Shown: positions 8,623-18,959 of the stretch, piece after piece | Position numbering within the stretch: the first letter of the stretch is position 1 | How the letters are laid out: each line of letters starts with the position of its first letter | NCBI GenBank assembly: GCA_905235705.1 | Contig: CAJOML010000001.1 | Location: 12,118-76,117, forward strand | Reading direction: 5' to 3' | DNA length: 64,000 bases | Source: an uncultured Bacilli bacterium | GTDB lineage: Bacteria > Bacillota_I > Bacilli_A > RFN20 > CAG-826 | The notes under the pieces: generated by a model | Told to the model about the DNA's origin: nothing | What the model saw: only the letters and a program-made list of their open reading frames with translations | Databases searched by the model: none | Position numbers and translations under genes: made by a program

Positions 8623-11196
8623 TCATTCAACCGATTTTAAGGACTCGACCGCCATGATGCGGCGGATCCTGAATGTTAATAGCAACGTGATAAAGACAGA
8701 AAGGAAGAAGGTAAATCCAAAGGCGATGCCATAAGTAAGGGGATATACGGTGTAGAGGAAGTCGACGATTTCAACTTGGTTGATAAATAAGACCAACTTG
8801 GTAAAGGGGAAGCCTAAAGCAAGGCCGCCTAAAATACCAACAAGGGATAATGAAATGGTTTCCACCAACAACGAGACCATAATTTCGATTTCCCTAAAGC
8901 CAAGGACTTTCATGGTGGCGATTTCCCGTGCCCTTTCTTTGAAATTGAGCAAGGCGAGGTCATTTAAAACGACGACGGCAAGTAAGAAAGCGAAGACCTT
9001 AATCGCGTTGGTCATGACCAAAACCGAACTCATGGCCGATTCGATGCGTTCGCGCCAAACTTGTTCCGAAGCGACTGAGCCAGCGCCCGGAATTGCGCGG
9101 GCGATTTCCATCGCGCTTTCTTGCTTTCCAGGCATAGCGTCCATCCAAACGGCATTAAAAGAAGTGACACGTCCGCCGAAATTGGTCGAATCGGCATGGA
9201 CAAAGATCCCATTATCGTAGAATGCCGGGATGATGGTGGAGACCCTGAAGGAAGAATCGCCTTTGCCAACGTTGAAACGGACTTCATCGCCGATTGTGAT
9301 TTGCAATGCGCGGGCGACTTTTTCGGTCACTAGGACTTCATCTAAGGGGAAATCGTATTGGAAGTGTTTTCGCGCTTCGCCTCCGCCGACAAGATGATAA
9401 TCATCTAGGATATGGACGACGCCGAAATAAGAAGTCTTTGGCGAGATGATGTTCATCGATTCGCGTTGGAAAGATTGATAGCCATAGATGAGGGAATTCC
9501 CGCTATCGTCTTTGACGGAGAAATCATTTTTTAATTTGTCTACGGCTCTAGATTCGATCAAATATAAAGTCGCATCCGCGCCGGAAGTGATCAAAGGATC
9601 GGTATCAACGCCATAACGGATCGTATCTTCGATGCCGAATCCGCAAACCAGAAGGGCCGTGCATCCTAAAACGCCAATCACGACCATCGCCGATTTGACC
9701 CAGTCGCCACGAATGCTTCTCCCTGCCATTTTGAGGGAAAGCTGCCAGAGCCTTTTATCCTTGAAGGAGCGGATCTTCTTTTCTTTTTGCGAAGGAGGCA
9801 AAGGACGCATCGATTCGACTGGCTTACGCTTAATCTCGCGTCTAGAGATGCCATAAGTCACAAGCATGGCGACGCCGATGAAAATAACGGCTGCGGCTAG
9901 GCCTGCCCAAACCGGGAAATAGTAAGTACGCGCAGGCAAAGAATAAAGTAACGAATATTTATTTCCCAGAATCGCCGGAACGATTAAAGGTCCTAAGATC
10001 TCGCCGATTAAAGTCCCCAAGCCGACAAGAAGGAACGTTTTCAAGAAGAAGTGACCATGTATCTCTTTTCCGGTGATACCTAGGGCTTTAAAGGTGCCGA
10101 TTTCAGTCCGTTCGCGCAAAATCATTTGCCGCACTGAAATCAAGATGACAAGCAAAGCCACGGCGAAGAAGACGACGGGGAAAACGTATGTTAATTGGGT
10201 TGCCTGCTCCGCCTCGGTTCGGATAGTGAGAATGGGGGTGGATTCATCTAAGGTCTGGCATAGATAAAGATTGTTTATGGGCTTAGATGCGAAATAATTT
10301 TGGATTTGTGTTTTGGCTTGTTTCGCATCGCTTCCTTGTTTTAGGCGGACAAGATATTGGTTGGCGGCAGGGAAATTGGAAGCATCCCCTTTGGGATTGC
10401 CATCCCCCCACCCAAGCAAATCTTTGAAGCCGTTTTCCCAGATTAATTTGACGCCGGCCTCGGAAAAGGTGCTGGCCATCGTTTCATACATGGAGTCTCT
10501 AAAATAGGAAGAAGAGACCATAAACATCGTCGGGGAGAATTCGCCTCTAGCGGTATCTTCGAGGTGTTTCATTGCCCCTGTGACCTTAAAATTCAATTCG
10601 ATTTTGCCATAACGGAAGGGATTCTCTTTGCCTTCGAGGAGGAATCCATCAAGCATCGCAAGGGTGGTTTCCTTGATCGAGAAACTAGAAACGTCGAAGC
10701 TCATCAAAGCCGGACCACCAAGAGTTAAGGCATCGCCTTCTTTAGCCTGATTTGCATCGACAAGATAAGAATCTACCATGAAATAATGGTCTTCTGTTTG
10801 CTCTTCTGTCTTTTCAATTAATTCATACGGCTTGGACATTGAGCCGATAGTGGGGGAGATAACGGAGATGGCATTGCGGGAAGCCATCGTGCAAAAAGAA
10901 TAAAAACGGGATTCGACGGCTTCCAGGTTATCAACATACGAAAACAAATTCACGGCATCGCTAGGATCGGCGGCTTTACGTGGATCGGCGGTGACGTAAA
11001 TATCGGGGGTATTTGACTCGGCGATCATCTTATCGATGCGAGATTCCAATGACCCGGAGTTAGCTAAAAAGCCGCTGAAAAGGGTGATGGCGATGCCACC
11101 GATCGCAATAACGGCAAGAGACTGCGCCCAATCGGCAAGATTTTGCCTCGCCGCCAAAGAAAGGAATATGGAAGTAAGGCTGCGCTTTTTCACCAT
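8623..11196 (-). CDS. ABC transporter permease, FtsX/MacB-type with two FtsX domains and large extracytoplasmic domains
   Basis: 857 aa with 8-10 TM segments arranged as two FtsX-like 4-TM bundles. Its start overlaps the upstream ATPase gene. Confidence 0.8.
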   Translation of the reverse strand: MVKKRSLTSIFLSLAARQNLADWAQSLAVIAIGGIAITLFSGFLANSGSLESRIDKMIAESNTPDIYVTADPRKAADPSDAVNLFSYVDNLEAVESRFYSFCTMASRNAISVISPTIGSMSKPYELIEKTEEQTEDHYFMVDSYLVDANQAKEGDALTLGGPALMSFDVSSFSIKETTLAMLDGFLLEGKENPFRYGKIELNFKVTGAMKHLEDTARGEFSPTMFMVSSSYFRDSMYETMASTFSEAGVKLIWENGFKDLLGWGDGNPKGDASNFPAANQYLVRLKQGSDAKQAKTQIQNYFASKPINNLYLCQTLDESTPILTIRTEAEQATQLTYVFPVVFFAVALLVILISVRQMILRERTEIGTFKALGITGKEIHGHFFLKTFLLVGLGTLIGEILGPLIVPAILGNKYSLLYSLPARTYYFPVWAGLAAAVIFIGVAMLVTYGISRREIKRKPVESMRPLPPSQKEKKIRSFKDKRLWQLSLKMAGRSIRGDWVKSAMVVIGVLGCTALLVCGFGIEDTIRYGVDTDPLITSGADATLYLIESRAVDKLKNDFSVKDDSGNSLIYGYQSFQRESMNIISPKTSYFGVVHILDDYHLVGGGEARKHFQYDFPLDEVLVTEKVARALQITIGDEVRFNVGKGDSSFRVSTIIPAFYDNGIFVHADSTNFGGRVTSFNAVWMDAMPGKQESAMEIARAIPGAGSVASEQVWRERIESAMSSVLVMTNAIKVFAFLLAVVVLNDLALLNFKERAREIATMKVLGFREIEIMVSLLVETISLSLVGILGGLALGFPFTKLVLFINQVEIVDFLYTVYPLTYGIAFGFTFFLSVFITLLLTFRIRRIMAVESLKSVE

Positions 11197-11903
11197 TCAA
11201 CCTCTTTGGGATTCAGCGGATTCTCATTGTATTCGTTGGCTACGATATGGCCATCGCCAATACGGATGACGTGATGGGCCACTTTGGCGATTTGGGCGTT
11301 ATGGGTAACCATGATGACGGTCTTTTGGTAATCGCGGGCCAAGTTATAAAGCAAATCGATAATCGAGGCGCCGGTTTTGGAGTCGAGGGCACCGGTGGGC
11401 TCATCGCAAAGAAGGAGTTCGGGGTTTTTTACTAAAGCCCTTGCGATGGCGGTGCGCTGCTGCTCGCCACCGGAAAGTTGGCTTGGGTAATTGCCTAAGC
11501 GGGCGCCAAGGCCGACTTTTTCCAAAGTTTCTTTTGGATTAAAAGGGTTTTCGCAGACGCTGGCGGCGAGTTCGACATTTTCCAAGGACGTCAAATTGTT
11601 GATTAGGTTATAAAATTGGAAGACAAAGCCAACGTCTTTGCGACGGAACATCGTAAGTTGCTTATCTTTGAATTTGGCGACGTCTTTGCCCGAGACTTCA
11701 TAAGAACCGGAAGTAGGGGTATCCATACCGCCGAGGATATTTAGCAACGTCGACTTTCCGGCCCCGGAAGGTCCAAGGATGACGACGAATTCACCGGTTT
11801 GCAAAGAAAAAGAGACATCGTCTAAAGCGCGTACCTCGTTTTCTTGGCCTTGGTGGTAGATTTTTGATAAATGCGAAACTGTGATTTGACCCATAATGGT
11901 CAA
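11190..11903 (-). CDS. ABC transporter ATP-binding protein (MacB/LolD-like)
   Basis: Walker [10 protein letters not shown], signature LSGGEQQR and Walker B LLLCDEPT. Confidence 0.9.
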   Translation of the reverse strand: MTIMGQITVSHLSKIYHQGQENEVRALDDVSFSLQTGEFVVILGPSGAGKSTLLNILGGMDTPTSGSYEVSGKDVAKFKDKQLTMFRRKDVGFVFQFYNLINNLTSLENVELAASVCENPFNPKETLEKVGLGARLGNYPSQLSGGEQQRTAIARALVKNPELLLCDEPTGALDSKTGASIIDLLYNLARDYQKTVIMVTHNAQIAKVAHHVIRIGDGHIVANEYNENPLNPKEVEW

Positions 11904-11939
11904 ACTATAAAACAGATTTGCGATTTTAAAAATAAATTT

Positions 11940-12356
11940 TTAGTGGTGATGGTGCTCTTCTTCTTCTTGATGACCGATTTTTAAAAGATCCTTTTCTTGA
12001 AGTGGAAACAAAGAGGGAGCGGCGTTTCCAACAAGTGAAAAACCAACCGCATATGCACCTTTGCTAACTTCCATCACAACGAGGCCGATTGATCCTTTAG
12101 GCAAGCCAGGATATTCATTTAAAGTTTGGACGATATCGCCTTGGATGAAAGCCTGATTGTCTTCCTCTTTGACATATGGAGCCAATTCTTCAGGATAAAA
12201 ATAGCCAGAAGACATCATCGCATCTTCGGTCGCATAAAAGCCAACGAGATAATGGTCTCCTTTGATGGCATCGATGACGCCGACATCGCCTTCTTTGGCT
12301 TGGCCCTTTTCGATAAGGGCAATGACTTGATCGCCGACTTTAAAGGTTTTGCTCAT
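11940..12356 (-). CDS. Hypothetical protein with native C-terminal EEEEHHHH tail
   Basis: ATG 12356 overlaps the xth TGA as ATGA. 138 aa. No recognisable domain. Confidence 0.5.
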   Translation of the reverse strand: MSKTFKVGDQVIALIEKGQAKEGDVGVIDAIKGDHYLVGFYATEDAMMSSGYFYPEELAPYVKEEDNQAFIQGDIVQTLNEYPGLPKGSIGLVVMEVSKGAYAVGFSLVGNAAPSLFPLQEKDLLKIGHQEEEEHHHH

Positions 12357-13117
12357 AGGTCGATATCCAAGGTGATGGGGCAATGGTCTGAGCCAAAAAT
12401 CTCATTATGGATTTCCGCGTCTTTGACTTTGTCGATTAAACGTTTGGAAACGAGGAAATAGTCAATACGCCAACCGGCGTTATTTTCACGGGCATGGAAG
12501 CGATAACTCCACCACGAATATTTGACGGTGTCGGGATGAAGATAACGATATGTATCGACAAACCCTGCATCAAGAAGTTTTCCAAAGGCGGTTCTTTCTT
12601 CGATGGTGAAACCGGGATTACGTTCGTTCCCTTTTGGGTTTTTGATATCGATTTCTTTGTGGGCGACATTTAAGTCCCCGGTATAGATGACAGGCTTAGT
12701 TTGATCAAGACGGGTTAAATAGGCTTTGATGTCTTCTTCGTATTGAAGACGGAAGTCCAAGCGTTTTAAGCCATCGCCAGCATTGGGGACATATACGCCG
12801 ACAAGGTAAAAAGAAGGGTATTCGAGAGTAATCACCCGACCCTCATCATCATATTTGCCATTCTCTAAGCCATAGCTCACAGAAAGGGGTTTATAGCGCG
12901 TAAAAATGGCGACCCCGGAATAGCCTTTTCTAAGTTTGGAGATGGTGTGATAGAGGTGGTAGTTTTCTTTTTGGAAAGGGAAAGATTCAGGACCCTCGGT
13001 TGAAAATTTGGTCTCGCCGATGACTAAGAAGTCCGGATTAAGTTGGTCGAAGGAAGAAGCGAAATCTTTATTTAAAATGGCACGAATGCCATTGACGTTA
13101 AACGCGGCGAATCTCAT
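12353..13117 (-). CDS. xth: Exodeoxyribonuclease III
   Basis: EEP-fold motifs FNVNGIR, GDLNVAH and SDHCP. 254 aa. Confidence 0.9.
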   Translation of the reverse strand: MRFAAFNVNGIRAILNKDFASSFDQLNPDFLVIGETKFSTEGPESFPFQKENYHLYHTISKLRKGYSGVAIFTRYKPLSVSYGLENGKYDDEGRVITLEYPSFYLVGVYVPNAGDGLKRLDFRLQYEEDIKAYLTRLDQTKPVIYTGDLNVAHKEIDIKNPKGNERNPGFTIEERTAFGKLLDAGFVDTYRYLHPDTVKYSWWSYRFHARENNAGWRIDYFLVSKRLIDKVKDAEIHNEIFGSDHCPITLDIDL

Positions 13118-13129
13118 GTTTTTGCTCCT

Positions 13130-13993
13130 TTAATTGGGTTTTTGCGGATTTTTATTTGTATCGCAAGTATAGGTAAGGGGAATCTTATAGAACCTTTCGT
13201 AGACCTCTTTCCAGGCTTTGTAATTGGCGTTGCGGAGGTTTTCGGCGTTTTGATATTGGTCAAGTTTTGGATCTGGCATGATGGGCTTGCAGACAAAGAT
13301 CGTCATCTCTTGGACGGGGAAGCCATCGGGACCGATGCGGTCGGAGTCGTTCATGCAAATGAAAATAGGGAGAACCGGGACGAGGGCCTTCGCGGCAAAG
13401 CTAAAGGCGCCCTTTTTCAGAGGTTTGGGCTTCCGGTAATTCCACCACATGGATTGCTCGGGATAGACCAACACAAAGTGGCCTTTCTTCAAATGGTAGT
13501 CGACCCCTTCCAAAAATTCTTTCATGGTGGCTAAATTCGAAGATAAAGGTAACGTGTTGCACGCCCTCATCAATTTGCCATAAAACCCAGGGAAGGAAGT
13601 ATAGTTGCCTTCGCGGATGACGCGGAAGAGTTTTCTCTTTTTCGACGCGGTTGATCTTTCGTAGGCCACTTGCATGGCGAAAGAATCTAGTGCCGAGAAA
13701 TGGTTGCAGGTGATGACGGCCCCGGTTTGGAGATTATCCATATTTTCGATGCCAATTACATCTTTGACGACGAGGATCCCGTTTTTAATGATTTTGTTTA
13801 GGAAGCGGCGCGCCAAGGCGAAGGTGTATTTGGCTTTGATGCGAGTGGACAGCTTCTTTTGCTGATAATCAACGGTGCCGGGTAAGATGATTCTTCCAGG
13901 CGGATCTTCTTCGACATCCAAGTCGAAAATCCCCTCGGCTTCGAGGGCTTCGTAACGTGCGATTACCTCAAGTCTTTCGGGATCTTTTTCCAT
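13130..13993 (-). CDS. Lysophospholipid/1-acyl-glycerol-3-phosphate acyltransferase-family protein
   Basis: HxxxxD motif (NHFSALD) and an EGxR-like region. 287 aa. Confidence 0.65.
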   Translation of the reverse strand: MEKDPERLEVIARYEALEAEGIFDLDVEEDPPGRIILPGTVDYQQKKLSTRIKAKYTFALARRFLNKIIKNGILVVKDVIGIENMDNLQTGAVITCNHFSALDSFAMQVAYERSTASKKRKLFRVIREGNYTSFPGFYGKLMRACNTLPLSSNLATMKEFLEGVDYHLKKGHFVLVYPEQSMWWNYRKPKPLKKGAFSFAAKALVPVLPIFICMNDSDRIGPDGFPVQEMTIFVCKPIMPDPKLDQYQNAENLRNANYKAWKEVYERFYKIPLTYTCDTNKNPQKPN

Positions 13994-13996
13994 TGG

Positions 13997-14830
13997 TTAT
14001 GCCTTTTGGGAAAGATATTCGTCTCGTAATTTCAGATATTCTTCATAGATATCATCGAATTGGTGATATTTGAAAACCTTATGGACTTTCTCGATATGCC
14101 ACTGCTTGATGTTATCGGTGTGGGGGTAGGGCAAATAGAATAGGCGCTTCGAGAAATGACGGACGACGGTGGACTTATGAAGGAATTTTTGGTCGTTGAA
14201 TTTTTGGGGGAGAAGTTTCTTTTTCACGCACGCCCTCTGGATGGCGGATTGGTCAGCGAAAATTAATTTCTTCTTATTAATCCATTCACGCGCTTTCTCA
14301 AATAGACCAGTCTCGCGGCATTTCTTCATATCGAATAGCAAGACCCCGGCGTTAATGTAACGAGGGTTGATGAGGTATTTCCCATAATGGTCATTGGCTC
14401 CGCCGAATTCGGCCCCTTTAAGGTCATAGTCGTAAAGAAGATGGATGTCACGGTTGAACATGATATCGGCATCTAGATAAAGAAGACGGTCGGGGATGGA
14501 TTCGACTTGATCGGCAAATAGCCTAAGCAAAGTGTAAGGGGAGCAATATGCCCCTTCATTTGGCGAATAGGAAAGCTCGCTTTCATATAGTTCGGTGACA
14601 TCGACTTTCTCGACTTTCGATTCCGGGTTGTATGATTTCATTACCTTATCTAAGAAGGCGATAAGACGGTCTGAGATAGGGGTGTATTCGGGTTTTAGCC
14701 TTGTTAAGGTCATGGTGAAAACGAAAACATGATATGCGTCATGCGAAAGGTCGCGCTTAACGACCGAGAGAAGGGAGGTTAAGATGCCGTCGAAGACCTT
14801 TTCGTTTCCGCAATATAAGAGATTAATCAT
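13997..14830 (-). CDS. Glycosyltransferase family 8-like
   Basis: DxD region LYLDADIMF and NAGVLLFD as in GT8 retaining glycosyltransferases. Confidence 0.6.
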   Translation of the reverse strand: MINLLYCGNEKVFDGILTSLLSVVKRDLSHDAYHVFVFTMTLTRLKPEYTPISDRLIAFLDKVMKSYNPESKVEKVDVTELYESELSYSPNEGAYCSPYTLLRLFADQVESIPDRLLYLDADIMFNRDIHLLYDYDLKGAEFGGANDHYGKYLINPRYINAGVLLFDMKKCRETGLFEKAREWINKKKLIFADQSAIQRACVKKKLLPQKFNDQKFLHKSTVVRHFSKRLFYLPYPHTDNIKQWHIEKVHKVFKYHQFDDIYEEYLKLRDEYLSQKA

Positions 14831-15612
14831 TTTCCTTTTTCCACGTATTTGATTTTGGCGAAATCACTTAGCGAAGCTCTCTCGCACATTTGATTATAAA
14901 CCCGATTCCTTAAATCTTCTTGGGCTTGCTTGCCGGGAAGTTCGAAATTGGGGAAGAACGGACCATCGATGTAGGTGCGGATTCTGACTTTGTCTTTTCC
15001 CCGTTTATGATAAGTGTTGGTAAAGCAAAAGACGGGGGCGCCATAATAAACAGGATAAATAAAGGAGTCGCTCACGAAGGGGCGGATTCCCGTGTAATAA
15101 GGCCAAAGATGGGCTTCGGGATAGATGAAAATCGGCTTTTGCTGTTTGACCCTTAATTCGATTGCCTTATCAAAATTGGCCTTGGCTTCTTTGTCCCCAG
15201 GGAGCGGGAGGCCGCCTAAAAGAGGGACGTATTTGCCAATGCCGGGAATAAAGCAATTATTTGGGTGAACGATGACGTTGATGGAGCGGGGGAAGACCAT
15301 AAATGCCGGCATCAAAGCGTCCCCGATGATCTGGGTGTGGTTGCCATAAAGGAAGATGGCGTTCTTTTTATAGGCTTTTAATTTCCATTTTCCCACGATT
15401 TCATGACGGAACTTAATCTTTAGATAGAGTTTGGCAAGAGGGGTGGCGATGACACGGAAGACGAAAAAATGTGCGACTTTTCCCCAAAAGCCGTTATTCC
15501 GGATATAACGATAATCCTTGCCAATGTGGTCAGCATGGATTTCCATGGTCGAAAATTCGTCATGGAGAGGATCGGAATAATAAATTGTTTCGGGCAAATT
15601 TTCTTTTGCCAT
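14827..15612 (-). CDS. Putative acyltransferase (PlsC-like fold, divergent)
   Basis: 261 aa with an H-x5-D and YPEAHLWP-like motif. Lies within a lipid/glycolipid operon. Weak assignment. Confidence 0.45.
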   Translation of the reverse strand: MAKENLPETIYYSDPLHDEFSTMEIHADHIGKDYRYIRNNGFWGKVAHFFVFRVIATPLAKLYLKIKFRHEIVGKWKLKAYKKNAIFLYGNHTQIIGDALMPAFMVFPRSINVIVHPNNCFIPGIGKYVPLLGGLPLPGDKEAKANFDKAIELRVKQQKPIFIYPEAHLWPYYTGIRPFVSDSFIYPVYYGAPVFCFTNTYHKRGKDKVRIRTYIDGPFFPNFELPGKQAQEDLRNRVYNQMCERASLSDFAKIKYVEKGK

Positions 15613-15623
15613 ATGAGACTACA

Positions 15624-16634
15624 TTAAGCGATTTCGCGAAGTCTTTCAAGAAGCTCGGAGGTAATTGGGTTGGTTTCAAGGGCTTTGCTATAACGTTTGG
15701 TTTGGATGCGGCGGAGGAAATTGTCGTGACGTTGGATCTCTTCCTCACAGACGGCCATCAGGGCAGGGGCAACGTTATTTTCGGCTTCTAATTTCTCGGG
15801 GGTGATGGAAGCGAAATGGCTCTTGATTTCAAGATAATCAGGAGATTGGGATGCATATTTCCAGAAATAGGTGCTATAGTTGCAGTTGATATCGTGCCAA
15901 GGCTTGGCGGCGAAAGCGTAATGGATGATGCCATAATCGCGTTCGGAAACGTTCCAAAGGCGGATGGCTTCCATGTTCCAACGACGGGGAAGCAAATGAA
16001 CTTTGTTTTTGCAAATGACGTTGAGGTAGTCTTGGTCTTGGGCGACAACAAAGTTATAGAAGGAAACGAGTTGGATGAATTGACCAAGGACGTCTTTTTT
16101 ACGCCACATATCGCAGTTGATGATCATCATGCCGGCGTTGAAATATTTGCGTCTGCTGATGCCAAGGACCTTTTCGGTATAACGTCCGGTGGGATCCATG
16201 CTCGTCATGACGGCTTCATTGACGGCGCCGACATAGTTATGGCCGATGTTGATATCGTAAAGTTTGGCGACGTCAGCGACGATAGCGGTGTCGGAGTCAA
16301 TATAAAGAGCTTTGTCATATTGAGGGAATTTGGTCGCGATGACGAAACGATAATAGGTTGAAGCGGAATAATAATCGCGAATCGGGAGTTGATCGACGAC
16401 CTGGGCGATCTCGGATTCGATATTATGGAATTCAATCGAGGCGTTGGGTTTAGCCATTGCGATAAACTTGGCTTGGGTCTCCTCGTTAATGTCGGTATGT
16501 AAAATATGGATCTCGTAACGGCGACGAGCAGAGATATTGCTAAGCAATGAAATTAGGGCGACTCCCATAAACGGAGTGAAGCGCTGGTCGCATCCGAAGA
16601 ATACGGGGACGACGGGTTTTTTGGAATTTGCCAT
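15624..16634 (-). CDS. Glycosyltransferase family 8 (glycolipid/LPS-type glucosyl- or galactosyltransferase)
   Basis: YIDSDTAIVADV DxD motif, NAGMMIINC and the HYAFAAKPW C-terminal GT8 motif. Confidence 0.75.
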   Translation of the reverse strand: MANSKKPVVPVFFGCDQRFTPFMGVALISLLSNISARRRYEIHILHTDINEETQAKFIAMAKPNASIEFHNIESEIAQVVDQLPIRDYYSASTYYRFVIATKFPQYDKALYIDSDTAIVADVAKLYDINIGHNYVGAVNEAVMTSMDPTGRYTEKVLGISRRKYFNAGMMIINCDMWRKKDVLGQFIQLVSFYNFVVAQDQDYLNVICKNKVHLLPRRWNMEAIRLWNVSERDYGIIHYAFAAKPWHDINCNYSTYFWKYASQSPDYLEIKSHFASITPEKLEAENNVAPALMAVCEEEIQRHDNFLRRIQTKRYSKALETNPITSELLERLREIA

Positions 16635-16956
16635 GGATGATACCTCCTTCTGGCAGGCTTATCTTACCCAAAAATATGGAAAAAACCAGTCTATTAGAAA
16701 AAACATGTCAAAAAGAGACGTAACAACCTTTAAAAGAGAGTTATTTATCGATGGGAACTTTTAAGAGAAACATAAGAAGTAGCCGAAAGAAAAAGGACTA
16801 ATTATTTTGATTTTTCCGATATGTCAATTTCTTAGGAGTTCGGAAAATTTTTTCATGGATGCGGTTGCGAAGATACGGATTTTTAATCCATTTTGAAACC
16901 TTAAATTGCATTTTTGGGCTCTTGAAGTATGCTTATTTGGACTTGGAGGAACGCCT

Positions 16957-18231
16957 ATGTCTATTAACGAAAAAATCGAAGAATTTCTCAATTTATCTCA
17001 TTCCCCTTTCCATGTGATTCACCAAATGGAGGAATACGCCGCTTCTTGCGACAACATCCAATTCGGGACTGATTTTGTCCCTGGCAAGAATGTCTGCCTA
17101 AAAAGAAATGGTTCGAGCATCGCCTTGATTAAGCTGCCAGAAGGTAAGATAAACGCGGTTAAAGTCAGCGCCACCCACAGCGATTCCCCCTCTTTCAAAA
17201 TCAAACCGAATCCCCTTTTAAGGAAAAAAGATTTGGCTTGCCTAAACGTCGAGCCCTATGGCGGGCTGATTATCTCGCCTTGGTTCGATCGTGCCTTGAG
17301 CTTTGCTGGACGTATCGTCTATGAAGAAGACGGACAAATTAAATCTTCTTTAGTCGACATTGATGATGACCTTCTTGTTATTCCGAATTTATGCATTCAC
17401 ATGAACCGGGATATTAATAACGGCCACGCCTATAACGCCGCCAAAGAAACACTTCCTTTATTTGCCTCCAATTTGCCCGAGGATTTTGATTTCGGGAAGT
17501 ACGTGATGGAGAAAGCCGGTTGCAATGGTAACTTAATTTCCCATGACCTGTTCCTTAATGTGCGTGAAAAAGCGAAACGCGTCGGCAAAGACCACGAGTT
17601 CATCATGAGCCCACGTCTAGATGATCTATCCTCGGCTTATTCTTGTTTCTTGGCTTTCCTTGATTCCGTTCCCGTTGAAGGACAAGCCGATGTCTTTGTT
17701 TGCTATGATAATGAAGAAGTCGGCTCGTTAACTAAGCAAGGCGCCTCCTCGACCTTCCTTGGCGAAATCATCGATTGTATCGCCGAAGCTTATCATCTTA
17801 GTGCCCAAGAAAAAGCCGAAGTCCTTAGACGGAGCTTCATGATGAGTGTGGATAATGCCCACGCAAATCATCCCAATTACCCTGAGATTTCTGATGCCAC
17901 GACCTCCGTAAAATTAAATGGCGGCATCGTCATCAAATACAACGCTAACCAATCCTATACCACCGATGCTTTATCCGCCTCTTATGTCAAATTGATCGCC
18001 AAAGAAGCCGGCGTCGATTTCCAAGAATATACGAACCGTTCCGATTTGAGGGGTGGATCCACTTTGGGCAATTTGTCGAATAATCAGGTCTCCTTGAACT
18101 GCGCCGATATCGGTATGCCCCAACTTGCCATGCATTCTTGCATGGAGACGCAAGGGGTGAAAGACCTTGATGCGATGTTTGAGTTCATCAAGGCTTTCTA
18201 CCAAACCAATTTATTACCCTTGGCTTTCTAA
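16957..18231 (+). CDS. M18-family aminopeptidase (aspartyl aminopeptidase-like)
   Basis: HSDSPSFKIKP, the metal ligands pattern and a size of 424 aa. GGAGGAA RBS before ATG 16957. Confidence 0.75.
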   Translation: MSINEKIEEFLNLSHSPFHVIHQMEEYAASCDNIQFGTDFVPGKNVCLKRNGSSIALIKLPEGKINAVKVSATHSDSPSFKIKPNPLLRKKDLACLNVEPYGGLIISPWFDRALSFAGRIVYEEDGQIKSSLVDIDDDLLVIPNLCIHMNRDINNGHAYNAAKETLPLFASNLPEDFDFGKYVMEKAGCNGNLISHDLFLNVREKAKRVGKDHEFIMSPRLDDLSSAYSCFLAFLDSVPVEGQADVFVCYDNEEVGSLTKQGASSTFLGEIIDCIAEAYHLSAQEKAEVLRRSFMMSVDNAHANHPNYPEISDATTSVKLNGGIVIKYNANQSYTTDALSASYVKLIAKEAGVDFQEYTNRSDLRGGSTLGNLSNNQVSLNCADIGMPQLAMHSCMETQGVKDLDAMFEFIKAFYQTNLLPLAF

Positions 18232-18310
18232 GGGGACAAGAAACGCTTAACAACAGTGGTTCACTTTATTTAAAGTGTAATCACGTCTTTTTTCCGTTAT
18301 CATATTAGCG

Positions 18311-18955
18311 ATGGAAAGACCTGCTCTGATTTTTGATTTAGACGGAACATTATGGGATGCTTGTGTCCCCGTAGGCGAAGCTTGGACGATTGTCGGGCGC
18401 CGCTATTTTGGCAAGGATTATTTAGTCAGCGCCGAGATGGCTAAATCGCAAATGGGCCGAACCATGGACGAAATCGGCAAGAATTTGTCCTACCTCGGCT
18501 TAGATGAGGACAGGATGGAAACCTTCATGAAAGAATGTTTCGATTATGAAGTGGAATATCTTAAAGACCACCCGGGCGCTTTATTCGAAGATGAAATCAT
18601 CGCCTTGAATTCATTGAAAAAGATGGGCTTCCGTTTATTCATCGTATCGAATTGCCAATGTGGCTATATCGAAAATTTCCTTCCCTTGGTCGAAGGGATT
18701 TTCGAAGACTACCTTTGTTTTGGCGATACATTATCTCCCAAGAACGTTACGATCCGTGAACTAATGAAAAAGCACCAACTTAAAGATGCCATTTATATCG
18801 GCGATACCGACCGGGATGAGGTTGCCACGCGTCTTGCTGGCCTCCGTTTCATCCATGCCGCATATGGATTTGGCAACGCGAATAATCCCGATGGAGTGGT
18901 GCGCCAATTTGGCGAATATCCAATCGTGTTAAGCGAAATTTGCAAGGATTTTTAA
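18311..18955 (+). CDS. HAD-superfamily hydrolase
   Basis: Motif I FDLDGTLWD, a later K and a DTDRD motif. Confidence 0.75.
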   Translation: MERPALIFDLDGTLWDACVPVGEAWTIVGRRYFGKDYLVSAEMAKSQMGRTMDEIGKNLSYLGLDEDRMETFMKECFDYEVEYLKDHPGALFEDEIIALNSLKKMGFRLFIVSNCQCGYIENFLPLVEGIFEDYLCFGDTLSPKNVTIRELMKKHQLKDAIYIGDTDRDEVATRLAGLRFIHAAYGFGNANNPDGVVRQFGEYPIVLSEICKDF

Positions 18956-18959
18956 GATT

